Origin: Candidatus Thorarchaeota archaeon
Lineage (GTDB): Archaea; Asgardarchaeota; Thorarchaeia; Thorarchaeales; Thorarchaeaceae
Length of the DNA stretch: 64,000 nucleotides
Direction: 5' to 3'
Assembly: GCA_008080745.1 (NCBI GenBank)
Contig: SHMX01000005.1
Span: forward strand, 31,515 to 95,514
The notes beneath the pieces were generated by a model that saw only the letters and a list, made by a program, of their open reading frames with translations, was not told the origin of the DNA and made no database searches. A program made the translations under genes and the position numbers. Below are positions 36,125-46,148 of this stretch, piece by piece. Each line of letters begins with the position of its first letter. Positions within the stretch are counted from its first letter, which is position 1.

Positions 36125-38893
36125 GTGTTGTTGGTGCTACGGAGTAAAGGTGTAGTTATACTCATTATTCTTGTTTCAGCTCTTTTCTTGTTTCTATCAA
36201 TAGTTGGGAATAACTGTGATAATTCAATATATTCTTCAGAAGACATTTCTGAAACTGATTCGTTTCCCATGAAACTGAACCATCCAAGTTGGTACACTGA
36301 TGAAGATTTTGATAATATGACCGCTCCAATATGTGATATGTCCGGTAATACTTTGGATGCCAGTGACGATGATTGGCCAACTTATGATGCTATATTTACC
36401 TACTTCTACAATAATCAAAAGCATTTTGCCTTTATTTCTATGGCATGGGATGGACAAGACCTCTATTTCTATATAAGTATAAATGATCCGAATAATTTGG
36501 AAACTGATACGGGATTTATGTTTGCTATCTTTATTCAATTTCCCGATCTATCTACAGACGATTTCTATATTGAGGTTACCGATTTCGAGAATGGTATATA
36601 CAATACTGGAGGTATAAGTTCGGATGAAATTACATACGATAAGGATACAGGGAATCCAAGGATTGAATGTGAATATGATTTGAGCCCCTCTATCGTTGCT
36701 GGAACTGATTTGGGAATTTGTTTCTATTATCACGACTATGAATCAGATATTATAGACACATTTCCTATGTACTATGATGGAGGAACAGAACCGGATCAAT
36801 CGTATGGTACAGAATGGGCGCAATTACATTTGTTAGATGACACAGAGAGCCCACAAGTGGCACTGCAAGAACCTACCACCGAGGGGAACTACAATTATAC
36901 ATACGACACTCGCGAAATTGAATGGACTGCTTCAGATAATTATGCTATCGACCACTTTGATATCTTGAACAATAACAGTCTCCTTCAAGCGGGACTATCA
37001 TCTGGTATACGGAGTTATAACATACCCGATTTGGGAGAGGGCGTACATAACATCACAGTAATTGTTTATGATACAAGAGATAATTGGGATACTAGTTATT
37101 TTTGGTTGGTTGTTGACAAAACCTCTCCAATTATGGATATAATCAGTCCTGTGAATTTATTCAATTGCACCTCACAATACGAATGGTTGAATTGGTCGGT
37201 AAGTGATAGTCTAACTTGGGTAGATTCGATATTTGTTTTTGATAATGAAACCAATGTTTCGGGTCAATTATCTGGAGATGTAACTTCATTTGAGTTGAGT
37301 CTTAGTCAAGGTCTTCATAATATCACAATAGTCGCTTATGATGTAGTTGGTAATATGGATACAGATACCATTTGGATTCGACGAGATGGAATCACTCCCA
37401 ATATTGAATTTCTTACTCCGGTGGAATTCGCATATCTTGATAGTTCTGAGGTTACTGTTTCTTGGATCGTGAACGATTCTAATCCCAGTTCTGATATTTA
37501 TAGGACTCTTGTCTATCTTGATGAGCTTTTAAATAAAAGCAAACTTGGTATTATCTCGGAGGTTGATTGGCTATTATTTGAGGGTGAACATAATGTGACT
37601 ATAGTTGTTGAGGATTATGCTGGAAATATTGAATCTTCAACCATTATGTTCTATGTAGATTTAAGCAATCCAGATATACAAATTATAAAACCCTCTGCTG
37701 ATATATATCTTTCAAATTCGTCTTATTCATTCATAATTGAATGGACTGCTTCGGATAATGTAGCTATTGACTACTTTGAACTATGGATCGGAAGTACTTC
37801 CTATATTTTCGAATCAGATGTTCGCATGTATGAACCAGCGACTATAACATCAACGACCGCCTACACATTGAAGATCTTTGATAAAGCTGGTCATGTTGAT
37901 TCAGATGGATTTGTTGTGTATTTTGATTCTTCTGGAGATACTTCTCCTCCCTTGCTATCAATTGAAAACCCTGTAAACGAAACCTATTGTAATAGTGATG
38001 TTCTACTTAGTTGGGTTGCGAGTGATGCAGAATGCGAGATACGATATGTGAACATTAGCTTAGATGGTACTCTAATTCATTCAACAACTGAATCTAGTGG
38101 TTCATATACTCTTGAATTTGAAGAAGAAGGAGTTCACAATCTATTTGTTATCACATGTAATGATATTGGACTAACAAAGAATAGAAGTATAGTCATTTTC
38201 TATGATATAACCCCTCCAACGATTACTATCCAATCTCCGAACAACAACCAGATTTTGATAAATTCCAATTTTCTAGTCACATGGATAGGTGATGATGAAG
38301 GAATTATTGGCTCAATAGATTACTATGAAATTTTTCTTGGTTCTTTATCTCTTCGTCAGACAGAAAGTAACACTTACGCTTTTTCCGACATTTCCGATGG
38401 AGAATACTCTATTCGTGTAATTATTCATGATAAAGCAGGAAATATCGCTGAAGACTCTGTTACTATATGGGTGGATGTGGGTACACCGACTCTCAGTCTT
38501 GTTAACCCAGCTAATTCTTTCACCCACAAAAAATCTGATGGAAACCTTATCCGGATTTCTTGTTTGGCTCAAGATAGTGCATCGGTATCTTCTGTTGTCT
38601 TATATTTGACTGGGATTGATAATGAATATTCAAAAACATTGAATTTTTCATTTAATCCATCCACTGGTCATTGGGAAGTAACTTGGGACATCACAGAGGT
38701 TGAATATGGTTTATATTATCTGAATGTAACTGTACATGATTTGGCAGGCCATTCGAATTCGATAATTATAACTTCTGAATTAGTACCTCCTACTCCTCTT
38801 GAGATACTGAAGGCAAATGCATTTTTCTTTACAGTAATCGGAGGCAGTGTCACGGTAATCGGTTTCATATTTAAGAGAACCCGAAAAGAGTAA
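36125..38893 (+). CDS. Large cell-surface protein with tandem Ig-like repeat domains and C-terminal TM anchor
   Basis: N-terminal signal/TM segment. At least 7 repeats with a period of ~90 aa, each carrying HN(I/V)T(I/V)...D.AGN...S. (e.g. HNITVIVYDTRDN, HNITIVAYDVVGN, HNVTIVVEDYAGN, IRVIIHDKAGN, LNVTVHDLAGH). The C-terminus reads FFFTVIGGSVTVIGFIFKRTRKE. Confidence 0.7.
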   Translation: MLLVLRSKGVVILIILVSALFLFLSIVGNNCDNSIYSSEDISETDSFPMKLNHPSWYTDEDFDNMTAPICDMSGNTLDASDDDWPTYDAIFTYFYNNQKHFAFISMAWDGQDLYFYISINDPNNLETDTGFMFAIFIQFPDLSTDDFYIEVTDFENGIYNTGGISSDEITYDKDTGNPRIECEYDLSPSIVAGTDLGICFYYHDYESDIIDTFPMYYDGGTEPDQSYGTEWAQLHLLDDTESPQVALQEPTTEGNYNYTYDTREIEWTASDNYAIDHFDILNNNSLLQAGLSSGIRSYNIPDLGEGVHNITVIVYDTRDNWDTSYFWLVVDKTSPIMDIISPVNLFNCTSQYEWLNWSVSDSLTWVDSIFVFDNETNVSGQLSGDVTSFELSLSQGLHNITIVAYDVVGNMDTDTIWIRRDGITPNIEFLTPVEFAYLDSSEVTVSWIVNDSNPSSDIYRTLVYLDELLNKSKLGIISEVDWLLFEGEHNVTIVVEDYAGNIESSTIMFYVDLSNPDIQIIKPSADIYLSNSSYSFIIEWTASDNVAIDYFELWIGSTSYIFESDVRMYEPATITSTTAYTLKIFDKAGHVDSDGFVVYFDSSGDTSPPLLSIENPVNETYCNSDVLLSWVASDAECEIRYVNISLDGTLIHSTTESSGSYTLEFEEEGVHNLFVITCNDIGLTKNRSIVIFYDITPPTITIQSPNNNQILINSNFLVTWIGDDEGIIGSIDYYEIFLGSLSLRQTESNTYAFSDISDGEYSIRVIIHDKAGNIAEDSVTIWVDVGTPTLSLVNPANSFTHKKSDGNLIRISCLAQDSASVSSVVLYLTGIDNEYSKTLNFSFNPSTGHWEVTWDITEVEYGLYYLNVTVHDLAGHSNSIIITSELVPPTPLEILKANAFFFTVIGGSVTVIGFIFKRTRKE

Positions 38894-38972
38894 ACTCTAT
38901 CTGATTCAATGAGTTAACAAAAGGACTTTCAAAGCATTTTTCATTAGTATATCTCTCTGAGATTGTTAGTAG

Positions 38973-40166
38973 GTGACTGTAATGTTCGAAGATCTCGACC
39001 CACTTATGGAAGACGTTGGAATTGACGCATTGGTTTGTGAAGGAAATGCCTTTGAGGTTCCTGATATTGTCTGGCTGACTGGATTTCGCTCGACAGACTC
39101 AGTGATATATTTCAAAAACCAAGGTGAAAAGGGGCTGATTGCAACAGGGTATAATACCCTCGACCGTGCAAAAAAGGAGAGTTCGGTTACAGAATACCAT
39201 GATCTGACTCCAATTTACAAAGATCTAAGACGAGAGAAAAAACGAGCCTATGAACATCCAGATGTCATCTATGGAGAGATTCTCACTAGCCATTTCTCAG
39301 GTACGGTGATAGGTGTGCCAGACCACCTACCCGCAAGAGTACTTGTGGCTATTCAGCAACTTGGATATGACGTAAAAGTCGTTCCAAAACTTGTGAATAA
39401 GGCTCGTGCCACTAAAACAAAAGAAGAGATTGAAATCATCAGAAAGGCTGGTCATGCTACAACCTCAGCTATCAAGCGTGTTGTTGAGATGATTAAAGAT
39501 GCAGACGTGGGTGAGAAGGACTCGCTCGTTCTTGATGGCACTCCTCTGACAGTTGGTCGAATCAAACTGGCCTTGGAACACTTCTTACTCGATCAAGGTG
39601 CCGAGTCTGCAGAAGATGCAATTGTTGCCGTTGGTGACAAGGGGTTTGACTGGCACTATCTTGGAAAGTCCGATGATCATCTCAAAGCAAATGTACCCAT
39701 AATTATGGATGTCTTTCCTCGTCTGAAACATGAGCGGTATGTTGCGGACGTTACTCGTACCATTGTGAAGGGTCGGGTTGACAAAACTCTTCAGAATATG
39801 TTTGACGCCGTACACAGTGCTCTTGCCGCTTCAATAGAGGCTCTAACAGATGGTGCGAAAATCGATGATGTGAATATGGCATGTTTCCAGACCCTAAAAC
39901 GTCATGGATACGATTCTAGTAGGCTGAATCTTGATGCCGAAGAGGGTATGACTCATGGTCTCGGACACGGAATTGGTCTTGAGGTGCATGAAGAACCAAG
40001 TATGTATCGATATGAGGAACATTTTGAAGCTGGACATGTTGTGGCAATTGAACCTGGAGTATATCTGAAGGCAATTGGTGGTGTCCGTATAGAGAACGAT
40101 TATGCAGTCACTAAGAATGGTGCAAAGCGCCTAACAACTGATTTGGAAGACCTGATCTTTGTATAA
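38973..40166 (+). CDS. M24-family Xaa-Pro aminopeptidase/dipeptidase
   Basis: HGLGHGIGLEVHEEP plus the downstream E/E metal ligands (VAIEPGVY...RIEN) are the M24B signature. Confidence 0.85.
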   Translation: MTVMFEDLDPLMEDVGIDALVCEGNAFEVPDIVWLTGFRSTDSVIYFKNQGEKGLIATGYNTLDRAKKESSVTEYHDLTPIYKDLRREKKRAYEHPDVIYGEILTSHFSGTVIGVPDHLPARVLVAIQQLGYDVKVVPKLVNKARATKTKEEIEIIRKAGHATTSAIKRVVEMIKDADVGEKDSLVLDGTPLTVGRIKLALEHFLLDQGAESAEDAIVAVGDKGFDWHYLGKSDDHLKANVPIIMDVFPRLKHERYVADVTRTIVKGRVDKTLQNMFDAVHSALAASIEALTDGAKIDDVNMACFQTLKRHGYDSSRLNLDAEEGMTHGLGHGIGLEVHEEPSMYRYEEHFEAGHVVAIEPGVYLKAIGGVRIENDYAVTKNGAKRLTTDLEDLIFV

Positions 40167-40167
40167 T

Positions 40168-41262
40168 TCACTCATAACCTAATGCAGCAAAGGGGCAGAC
40201 TGATATACACATACCGCAGGCCTGACAATCTTCAGAATTGATCTGCAATATTCCGTCTTCTTTGTTAGCTGTTATTGCGTCATATACACACGATTTCACA
40301 CAGAGACCACAGACAGTACATTTCTCGTGGTCAATACTAGGCGGGGGAGTAAGCTCTGTCAATTGTTTCAGAGCAATCCCTCTGATTTCATTAATTGACC
40401 CGTAACCATGGGTGTCCAACCATTTCTTGGTTTCATCTACTATCTTTCCATAGATAGTATGGCCCTCAAGAATTGCAGCTGTACAGACTTGAACCGCAGA
40501 TGCTCCTGCCATTACAAACTCTATGACATCCTCTCCTGATGTGACCCCTCCAACTCCCATGATGGGTAAGTCTACTGCTTGTGCAATATCTGCTACACAT
40601 CTAAGAGCGATTGGCTTAAGTGCCGGACCGCTCAACCATCCCTGGCCTCCCTCTCCACCTAGCATAGGTCTTGCTGTTTCTATATCGATTCTAAGACAGG
40701 GGCCGTATGTGTTAATAGCAACAATTCCATCCACATGGGGCTCAAGTGATTTTGCTACTTTTGCAACATCTACTTTTGGACTAAGCTTGGCAAAAATAGG
40801 AATATTTACAGAATCTCGTAATGCTTTGGCAATTTCTACATGTCCTCCTACATAGTGTGTACTGAACTCTATTGCCTCTACACCTGCCCTTTCCATCTCT
40901 GGTGCAAGTGAAGAAACCTCTTCTGGTGTATATCCAACACTTGCTACTAACGTTAATCCCGAACTCTTTGCAATTGCATATTCTTTCTCAAACCATTGTT
41001 CAGGTGGCAATTCACTCCATAATTCGGTGTTTAGAATTCCTCTTCTGGAGGATACTCTTCCTCTTCCAATTGCAGCCATATTTGGTCTTGGAATCTGTGC
41101 CCCTTTGACACTGATAGTCTTTGCAACTAGACCACCAACTCCTCCTGTTGCCGCAGTGAGAAGTGTCATTCCATCGCGTGATGTGGGACCAGCTGCTGTG
41201 AGAATTGGATTTCGAAATTTCAATCCTGCAAATTCAACCTGAAGATCTGCCATACATACCAT
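40168..41262 (-). CDS. Dihydroorotate dehydrogenase-family flavoprotein with C-terminal 2x[4Fe-4S] domain (PreA/DPD-subunit-like)
   Basis: DHOD class-1-like TIM-barrel N-terminus (LKFRNPILTAAGPTSRDG...) with two C-terminal ferredoxin motifs (CTVCGLCVKSC, CQACGMCISVCP). Confidence 0.75.
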   Translation of the reverse strand: MVCMADLQVEFAGLKFRNPILTAAGPTSRDGMTLLTAATGGVGGLVAKTISVKGAQIPRPNMAAIGRGRVSSRRGILNTELWSELPPEQWFEKEYAIAKSSGLTLVASVGYTPEEVSSLAPEMERAGVEAIEFSTHYVGGHVEIAKALRDSVNIPIFAKLSPKVDVAKVAKSLEPHVDGIVAINTYGPCLRIDIETARPMLGGEGGQGWLSGPALKPIALRCVADIAQAVDLPIMGVGGVTSGEDVIEFVMAGASAVQVCTAAILEGHTIYGKIVDETKKWLDTHGYGSINEIRGIALKQLTELTPPPSIDHEKCTVCGLCVKSCVYDAITANKEDGILQINSEDCQACGMCISVCPFAALGYE

Positions 41263-41363
41263 ATTGAATTCGACAAAATAAGAATTGTCTATCGTTGCTT
41301 TTAGGTTACAAAATGAAAATGTTTATCTGATTTTAGATTGAGAAGTGTTTCTAGGGGAGAATT

Positions 41364-41717
41364 ATGTCAATTTCTCAAAAAGCACATATGACCATCGGTG
41401 ATGTTGTCACCCGACTAAAGGATGATAGATTAACTCCATCCATGGTGAAGAAGTATATGCGTGTGATTGAGCGCGAAAGGTTCATTTGCGAAGAACGAAG
41501 GGGTGCCTATGACCCTCTCACACTTGACCTGCGAAATCTGCGTCATTTCTTAGAACAAAAGATTCTTCTACTTCTTGAGATGGAAGATGTACATCAAGCT
41601 AATGAAACACCAGAAAAGATTCTGGAGAACTTCATTATAAACCGTATTTCTACTAAGACTTTAGCAAGAATACTGATACATGCCAGTCCTCGTGTGATTC
41701 AGAAGATGCTGGAATAA
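41364..41717 (+). CDS. Hypothetical protein, possibly MerR-like HTH
   Basis: MTIGDVVTRLKDDRLTPSMVKKYMRVIE weakly resembles a MerR-type HTH. 117 aa. Confidence 0.3.
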   Translation: MSISQKAHMTIGDVVTRLKDDRLTPSMVKKYMRVIERERFICEERRGAYDPLTLDLRNLRHFLEQKILLLLEMEDVHQANETPEKILENFIINRISTKTLARILIHASPRVIQKMLE

Positions 41718-41719
41718 AT

Positions 41720-43654
41720 CTATGCCAGCATTCCTCTCTGCTCAAGGTCCTTTACAACGAAGTCGAGATCCAGGTCCTCAAGAACTGATTTCTTAGGATA
41801 GCCTGTTTCTTTGTCACAACCTCGTAGTTCGTAATATTCGTCTAGCATATAGTCTAGATCTGGTAATCCGCCCTTAGATGGACCTGTCGGCATGGGTTCC
41901 TTCAGTAGCCTTCGTGGTAGAGTTTCATCTTTTCTCGTGATTCCAAGCCTGTGATTATACGCACGCCTGAGATGACTGATTCTGTCCGCAGATTGTCGTA
42001 CGTATTTGACATCTCCCCATTCTACCATGCCTGTCAATGCAGGAAGCACATTTGCAAAGGTATCAAAGTAAAATATCGGGGGCCACATAGTTCCATACTT
42101 GCATATGACTGCTGAATCAGTTATTGCATAAAGGTTCTCCATGTCATAGACCACCAAGCCCTTGTGGACTGGCGACATGATCTCCTGAATCTCCTCTGCC
42201 TTGTCCTCTCCAAATCTGCGAATAGATATCTCGGGAAATCCTAATTCTTCGAGACTGGAGAGACTTCGTAAGTGATCAGCACCTCTTACGTTGGTTGCAT
42301 AGGTAAGCCCTATTGATTGATGTGCACGAGGGTCTTGACCTGATGCCTCGAGTCCCTTTGAGTGAACTGCATATTTCCATGCTTCTCCGCCTATAATTTC
42401 TGCAGCTTTTCGAGTTCCGTGAGATAATAACTCGCCAATACCCTTCTCTCGTTTAGCAATTTTTTCAATTAGAGCGTTTATGGCATCAACATTACCCCAG
42501 GACAAATCTAATCCATCAGTGTCCTTCTCGGTAAGTATTCCCTTCTCCCAGAGTTCCATTGCAAAGCTGATGGTCTTTCCACAAGAAATTGTATCCATCC
42601 CAAGTAGATCACAACGATGTCCTTGATGGAATACAGCTTCAATATCACTATTCATACAATTAGATCCGAAAGCCATGAGTGTTTCATACTCGGGTCCACC
42701 AGCAGGGCCACCTGCGAATTTTCCCTCTTTAACACGATAGACGTACTTACAACCTATCCCACAGCCATGACAAGCTTCTTGGGCAATTCGGTATTTTTCT
42801 GCAATAATCTCCGGGCCTATTTTTTCAGCCTCTTCAAAGAAGCCAGTCCAGTGATTCTTTGTCGGTAACCTTCCTATCTCGTTAATCATGGCCACCAAGT
42901 CGGTGGTTCCATAATCTCTAAGGCTCCTGAGGAAATCTTTCCATAACGGGTCGTTTAGTCGCTCCATCTCTCTCTGGTTAGCCTCAAGATATGCATCCAT
43001 ATCATGTGCCTCCAGTCCAAGCGAGCCCCGTGCAGCAATCGCCTTTACATTCTTTGAACCCAATACTGTGCCGAGACCCGTTCTACCTGCCGCACGATAG
43101 TAATCTACAATGATAGCTCCATAGAGTACCCCATTCTCACCTGCAGGACCTATAGTTGCAGTTTCTATAGCTGGGTCTCTATGCTCCTCTCTAATCATAT
43201 CTGTTGTTTCATCAGTTTCTCGTCCCCATAATCTAGAAGCGTCACGAAGTTCCGCTTTTCCATCATTTAACCAGAGATAGACTGGTTTGGGCGATTTACC
43301 ATTAAAAATGACAAAGTCGAATCCCGCATATTTAATCTCGGGACCCAGGAAGCCGCCAACATGACTCTCCGCCCAAATTCCAGTTAGAGGGCTTTTTCCT
43401 GAAAACATCATTCTTCCTGAGGGTGAAAACATTACACCTGTAAGAGGGCCTGTACCGACGATGACTATATTTTCTGGTGAAAGTGGGTCTGTATCGGGAC
43501 CAGTTCTATCCCACAGAATCTTTGATGATATACCAGTTCCTCCAAGATAGAGTCTAGCCCATTCTTTCTCCATCTCCTTTTTGTGAACCTTTCCTAGGGT
43601 AAGATCCACATCTAGATAGTATCCTGCATAACCTTTGTATGGAAAATCAGTCAT
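41720..43654 (-). CDS. Tungsten-containing aldehyde:ferredoxin oxidoreductase (AOR family), second copy
   Basis: 644 aa with an AOR N-terminal domain and conserved internal blocks. Paralogous to 30922..32802. Confidence 0.9.
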   Translation of the reverse strand: MTDFPYKGYAGYYLDVDLTLGKVHKKEMEKEWARLYLGGTGISSKILWDRTGPDTDPLSPENIVIVGTGPLTGVMFSPSGRMMFSGKSPLTGIWAESHVGGFLGPEIKYAGFDFVIFNGKSPKPVYLWLNDGKAELRDASRLWGRETDETTDMIREEHRDPAIETATIGPAGENGVLYGAIIVDYYRAAGRTGLGTVLGSKNVKAIAARGSLGLEAHDMDAYLEANQREMERLNDPLWKDFLRSLRDYGTTDLVAMINEIGRLPTKNHWTGFFEEAEKIGPEIIAEKYRIAQEACHGCGIGCKYVYRVKEGKFAGGPAGGPEYETLMAFGSNCMNSDIEAVFHQGHRCDLLGMDTISCGKTISFAMELWEKGILTEKDTDGLDLSWGNVDAINALIEKIAKREKGIGELLSHGTRKAAEIIGGEAWKYAVHSKGLEASGQDPRAHQSIGLTYATNVRGADHLRSLSSLEELGFPEISIRRFGEDKAEEIQEIMSPVHKGLVVYDMENLYAITDSAVICKYGTMWPPIFYFDTFANVLPALTGMVEWGDVKYVRQSADRISHLRRAYNHRLGITRKDETLPRRLLKEPMPTGPSKGGLPDLDYMLDEYYELRGCDKETGYPKKSVLEDLDLDFVVKDLEQRGMLA

Positions 43655-44136
43655 TATTCGCTTCCCTCCTGAATACCAACTTTAGTTGATACCTGCTTCA
43701 TCCCAATCTGCCTTTCTAAATTTCCCTCTCCTTCAGTTTCCAGTCGGATAACACCATACTCACATGCTTTTATGCAGGCCGGATCACCATCGCACAGGTC
43801 GCACTTTATTGCTTTTCTGGACACAGGGTCTATTACAATTCCACCATAAATACAGGCAGAAACACAATTTCCACAACCTATGCAAACATCATTATTCACT
43901 GTGAGCGATCCAATAGAATTGGGGATTATTGCATTAGTCGGACATGCGTCAGCACAAAGAGGCTCTTGGCACTGAAGGCAGACCATTGGTATAATCAATC
44001 CCTTATGCTCATCTTTGAGAATCTGTATTCTTGCCCTAATAGGATTGAATGTGGATGTCTTTCTTGCTGAGCATGCTAGCTCACAATTTCTACAACCCGT
44101 ACAACTTTTTGCATCGATGACTAGGAGTTTTTTCAA
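43654..44136 (-). CDS. 4x[4Fe-4S] ferredoxin (AOR-associated), second copy
   Basis: CTGCRNCELACS, CLQCQEPLCADACP, CIGCGNCVSAC and CDLCDGDPACIKAC. It abuts the AOR start. Confidence 0.85.
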   Translation of the reverse strand: MKKLLVIDAKSCTGCRNCELACSARKTSTFNPIRARIQILKDEHKGLIIPMVCLQCQEPLCADACPTNAIIPNSIGSLTVNNDVCIGCGNCVSACIYGGIVIDPVSRKAIKCDLCDGDPACIKACEYGVIRLETEGEGNLERQIGMKQVSTKVGIQEGSE

Positions 44137-44315
44137 GGGTGTCGGCTCCTTATTCAGCAGGTTTTCAATAATCCTCTTCTCTCCACTTTAATGTGTTGTT
44201 ATGCTTATTTTGACTAGGTACTAAATTCCTCACGGAAAACTATTAGAGTACCCTTTACCTCATCCCTCTCAAGTCAATCAAAGCTGTTCTTTGACAATAT
44301 TACTTTCGAGTGTAA

Positions 44316-46112
44316 ATGATGAATAAAATTCACTCCATCGACTCTCCCAGAGATTCCTTACAAAGGTCTCAATTCCACAAAGTAGCAGATAGTATGCGGA
44401 TTGCAATACTCGAGTTTAATCTGGATTTGGAATTGATATATGCTAATCCTGTCGCCAAGAGCATCTTTGGTTTAGATGATGTGGATATAACGAATCCCAT
44501 TCCCTATTCTGATTTGGTTGTTTCAGAACAGGTGAAGATAATCAAGTCAGCATTTCAGAGATTTCTATCTGGAGAAAAACCTCGATCAATGACAGTACGA
44601 GTCATTGCGAAACATGGTGTACATATACCCTTCCAAGTTATTCCCGAACTGGTTTTTCATAATGGAGCGCCTGTTGGTCTGGTTGTCTATGCCATGGACC
44701 TCTCTCGAAGGATTGTAATCAACCAACGGATTATGAACCGAGCAGAATACTTCAAGCTTATCGTAGAATATTCTAGCTTCACTGGTATCCTAATTGTTGA
44801 CGATCAATATCGTTTTGACTGGGTGAATGACAAGCTCTGTGACATAATTGGTTACACCCGAGAGGAATTGCTATCTATGGATTTCAGGGAGGTCTTACAT
44901 CCTGATAGTCTGGATCTGACTGCTGATAGGTATAAGCGTCGCCAACAAGGTGAGACCCTACCAGCAACATATGAAATACAAGCAATTTCTAAGGATGGGA
45001 CTATCAAAGACCTGATGCTTACCAGTAGAGTCTACAAGAGTGGAGATGAACTCAAAAGTGTTGCACAGGTATTAGACGTTACTGAGCAAAATCGGCAGCG
45101 TCAAGCACTTGAAAACAGTGAACGGAGATACCGAACTCTTATCGAAACCATAATCGCTGGACTGGGTATTGATGATACTGATGGTAAGATAATCTATGCT
45201 AATGAAACTCTCAGTAAGATGACTGGATACTCTATTGACGAACTGGTTGGGATGAAGGGATCCTCCCTGGTCTATGAACTTACTCCTGATCGAATTCAAG
45301 CTAGACGAGATGGTAAATTCGAACAATATGAGGCACATCTTGTACACAAGTCGGGAGATCTAGTACCAGTAATTGTTTCAGCTTCACCTCTCATGGATGC
45401 TAATGATGATTTTGAGGGTTCTTTTGCAATATTTACCGATATTTCAGAGCTCAAGTCTGTAGAAGATGAAGTACGCTTTCTACTTGATTTGATTCTTCAT
45501 GACATTGGAAATCAATTACAGTTGATAATTGCTGGTAGTGGTCTGATTGCGGAGGATGCTCCAGAGGATATTCTTCTCCGTGCGAAAGAGTACATTTTGG
45601 ACGGGGCACAACGCAGTCTTGATTTAATACGAAAAGTACGTGGTGCTGAGAAGGCAAAAAGCGAAGTTCTGAAACCAGTTGATATATCCGAGGTGATTGA
45701 TGCAGAATCAATGCTGCTTTGGAAACAACACGGAGTTATGCCCGACATCGAGGGCATTCCTGAATCCCTTATGGTCTTAGCGGACAGTGCTGTTAATCAT
45801 CTCATTTGGAACATTCTGGAAAATTCAGTCAAGCACAATCCTGACCCAGAACCGCAGGTGTGGATTCAGGGGGCAATTGAGGACGACCATTTAATTTTAG
45901 AAATAGCCGATAATGGACCGGGATTGGATGAACGCAAGCGGGATCAGCTCTTTGATGTTCAAAGAAGGTATGGCGGGGTGGGCCTGCATTTGGTACGAAG
46001 ACTTGCTAAGAAATACTGTACACTTCCTGAAGTCTGTGACCGGGTAGAAGAGAATCCTGAGGAAGGGCTTTGTATTAGAATACGGTTCCATATAGCGCAG
46101 GCTGAACCATAA
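44316..46112 (+). CDS. Sensor histidine kinase with three PAS domains
   Basis: PAS-like blocks lie around aa 20-120, 140-250 and 265-375. The H-box is HDIGNQLQ. The HATPase_c N and G boxes are NLIWNILENSVKHN, IADNGPGL and GGVGLHLVRRL. There is no adjacent response regulator. Confidence 0.85.
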   Translation: MMNKIHSIDSPRDSLQRSQFHKVADSMRIAILEFNLDLELIYANPVAKSIFGLDDVDITNPIPYSDLVVSEQVKIIKSAFQRFLSGEKPRSMTVRVIAKHGVHIPFQVIPELVFHNGAPVGLVVYAMDLSRRIVINQRIMNRAEYFKLIVEYSSFTGILIVDDQYRFDWVNDKLCDIIGYTREELLSMDFREVLHPDSLDLTADRYKRRQQGETLPATYEIQAISKDGTIKDLMLTSRVYKSGDELKSVAQVLDVTEQNRQRQALENSERRYRTLIETIIAGLGIDDTDGKIIYANETLSKMTGYSIDELVGMKGSSLVYELTPDRIQARRDGKFEQYEAHLVHKSGDLVPVIVSASPLMDANDDFEGSFAIFTDISELKSVEDEVRFLLDLILHDIGNQLQLIIAGSGLIAEDAPEDILLRAKEYILDGAQRSLDLIRKVRGAEKAKSEVLKPVDISEVIDAESMLLWKQHGVMPDIEGIPESLMVLADSAVNHLIWNILENSVKHNPDPEPQVWIQGAIEDDHLILEIADNGPGLDERKRDQLFDVQRRYGGVGLHLVRRLAKKYCTLPEVCDRVEENPEEGLCIRIRFHIAQAEP

Positions 46113-46148
46113 TTGTTATGATGTACTTGTTCGTATAGAATACTCCTA

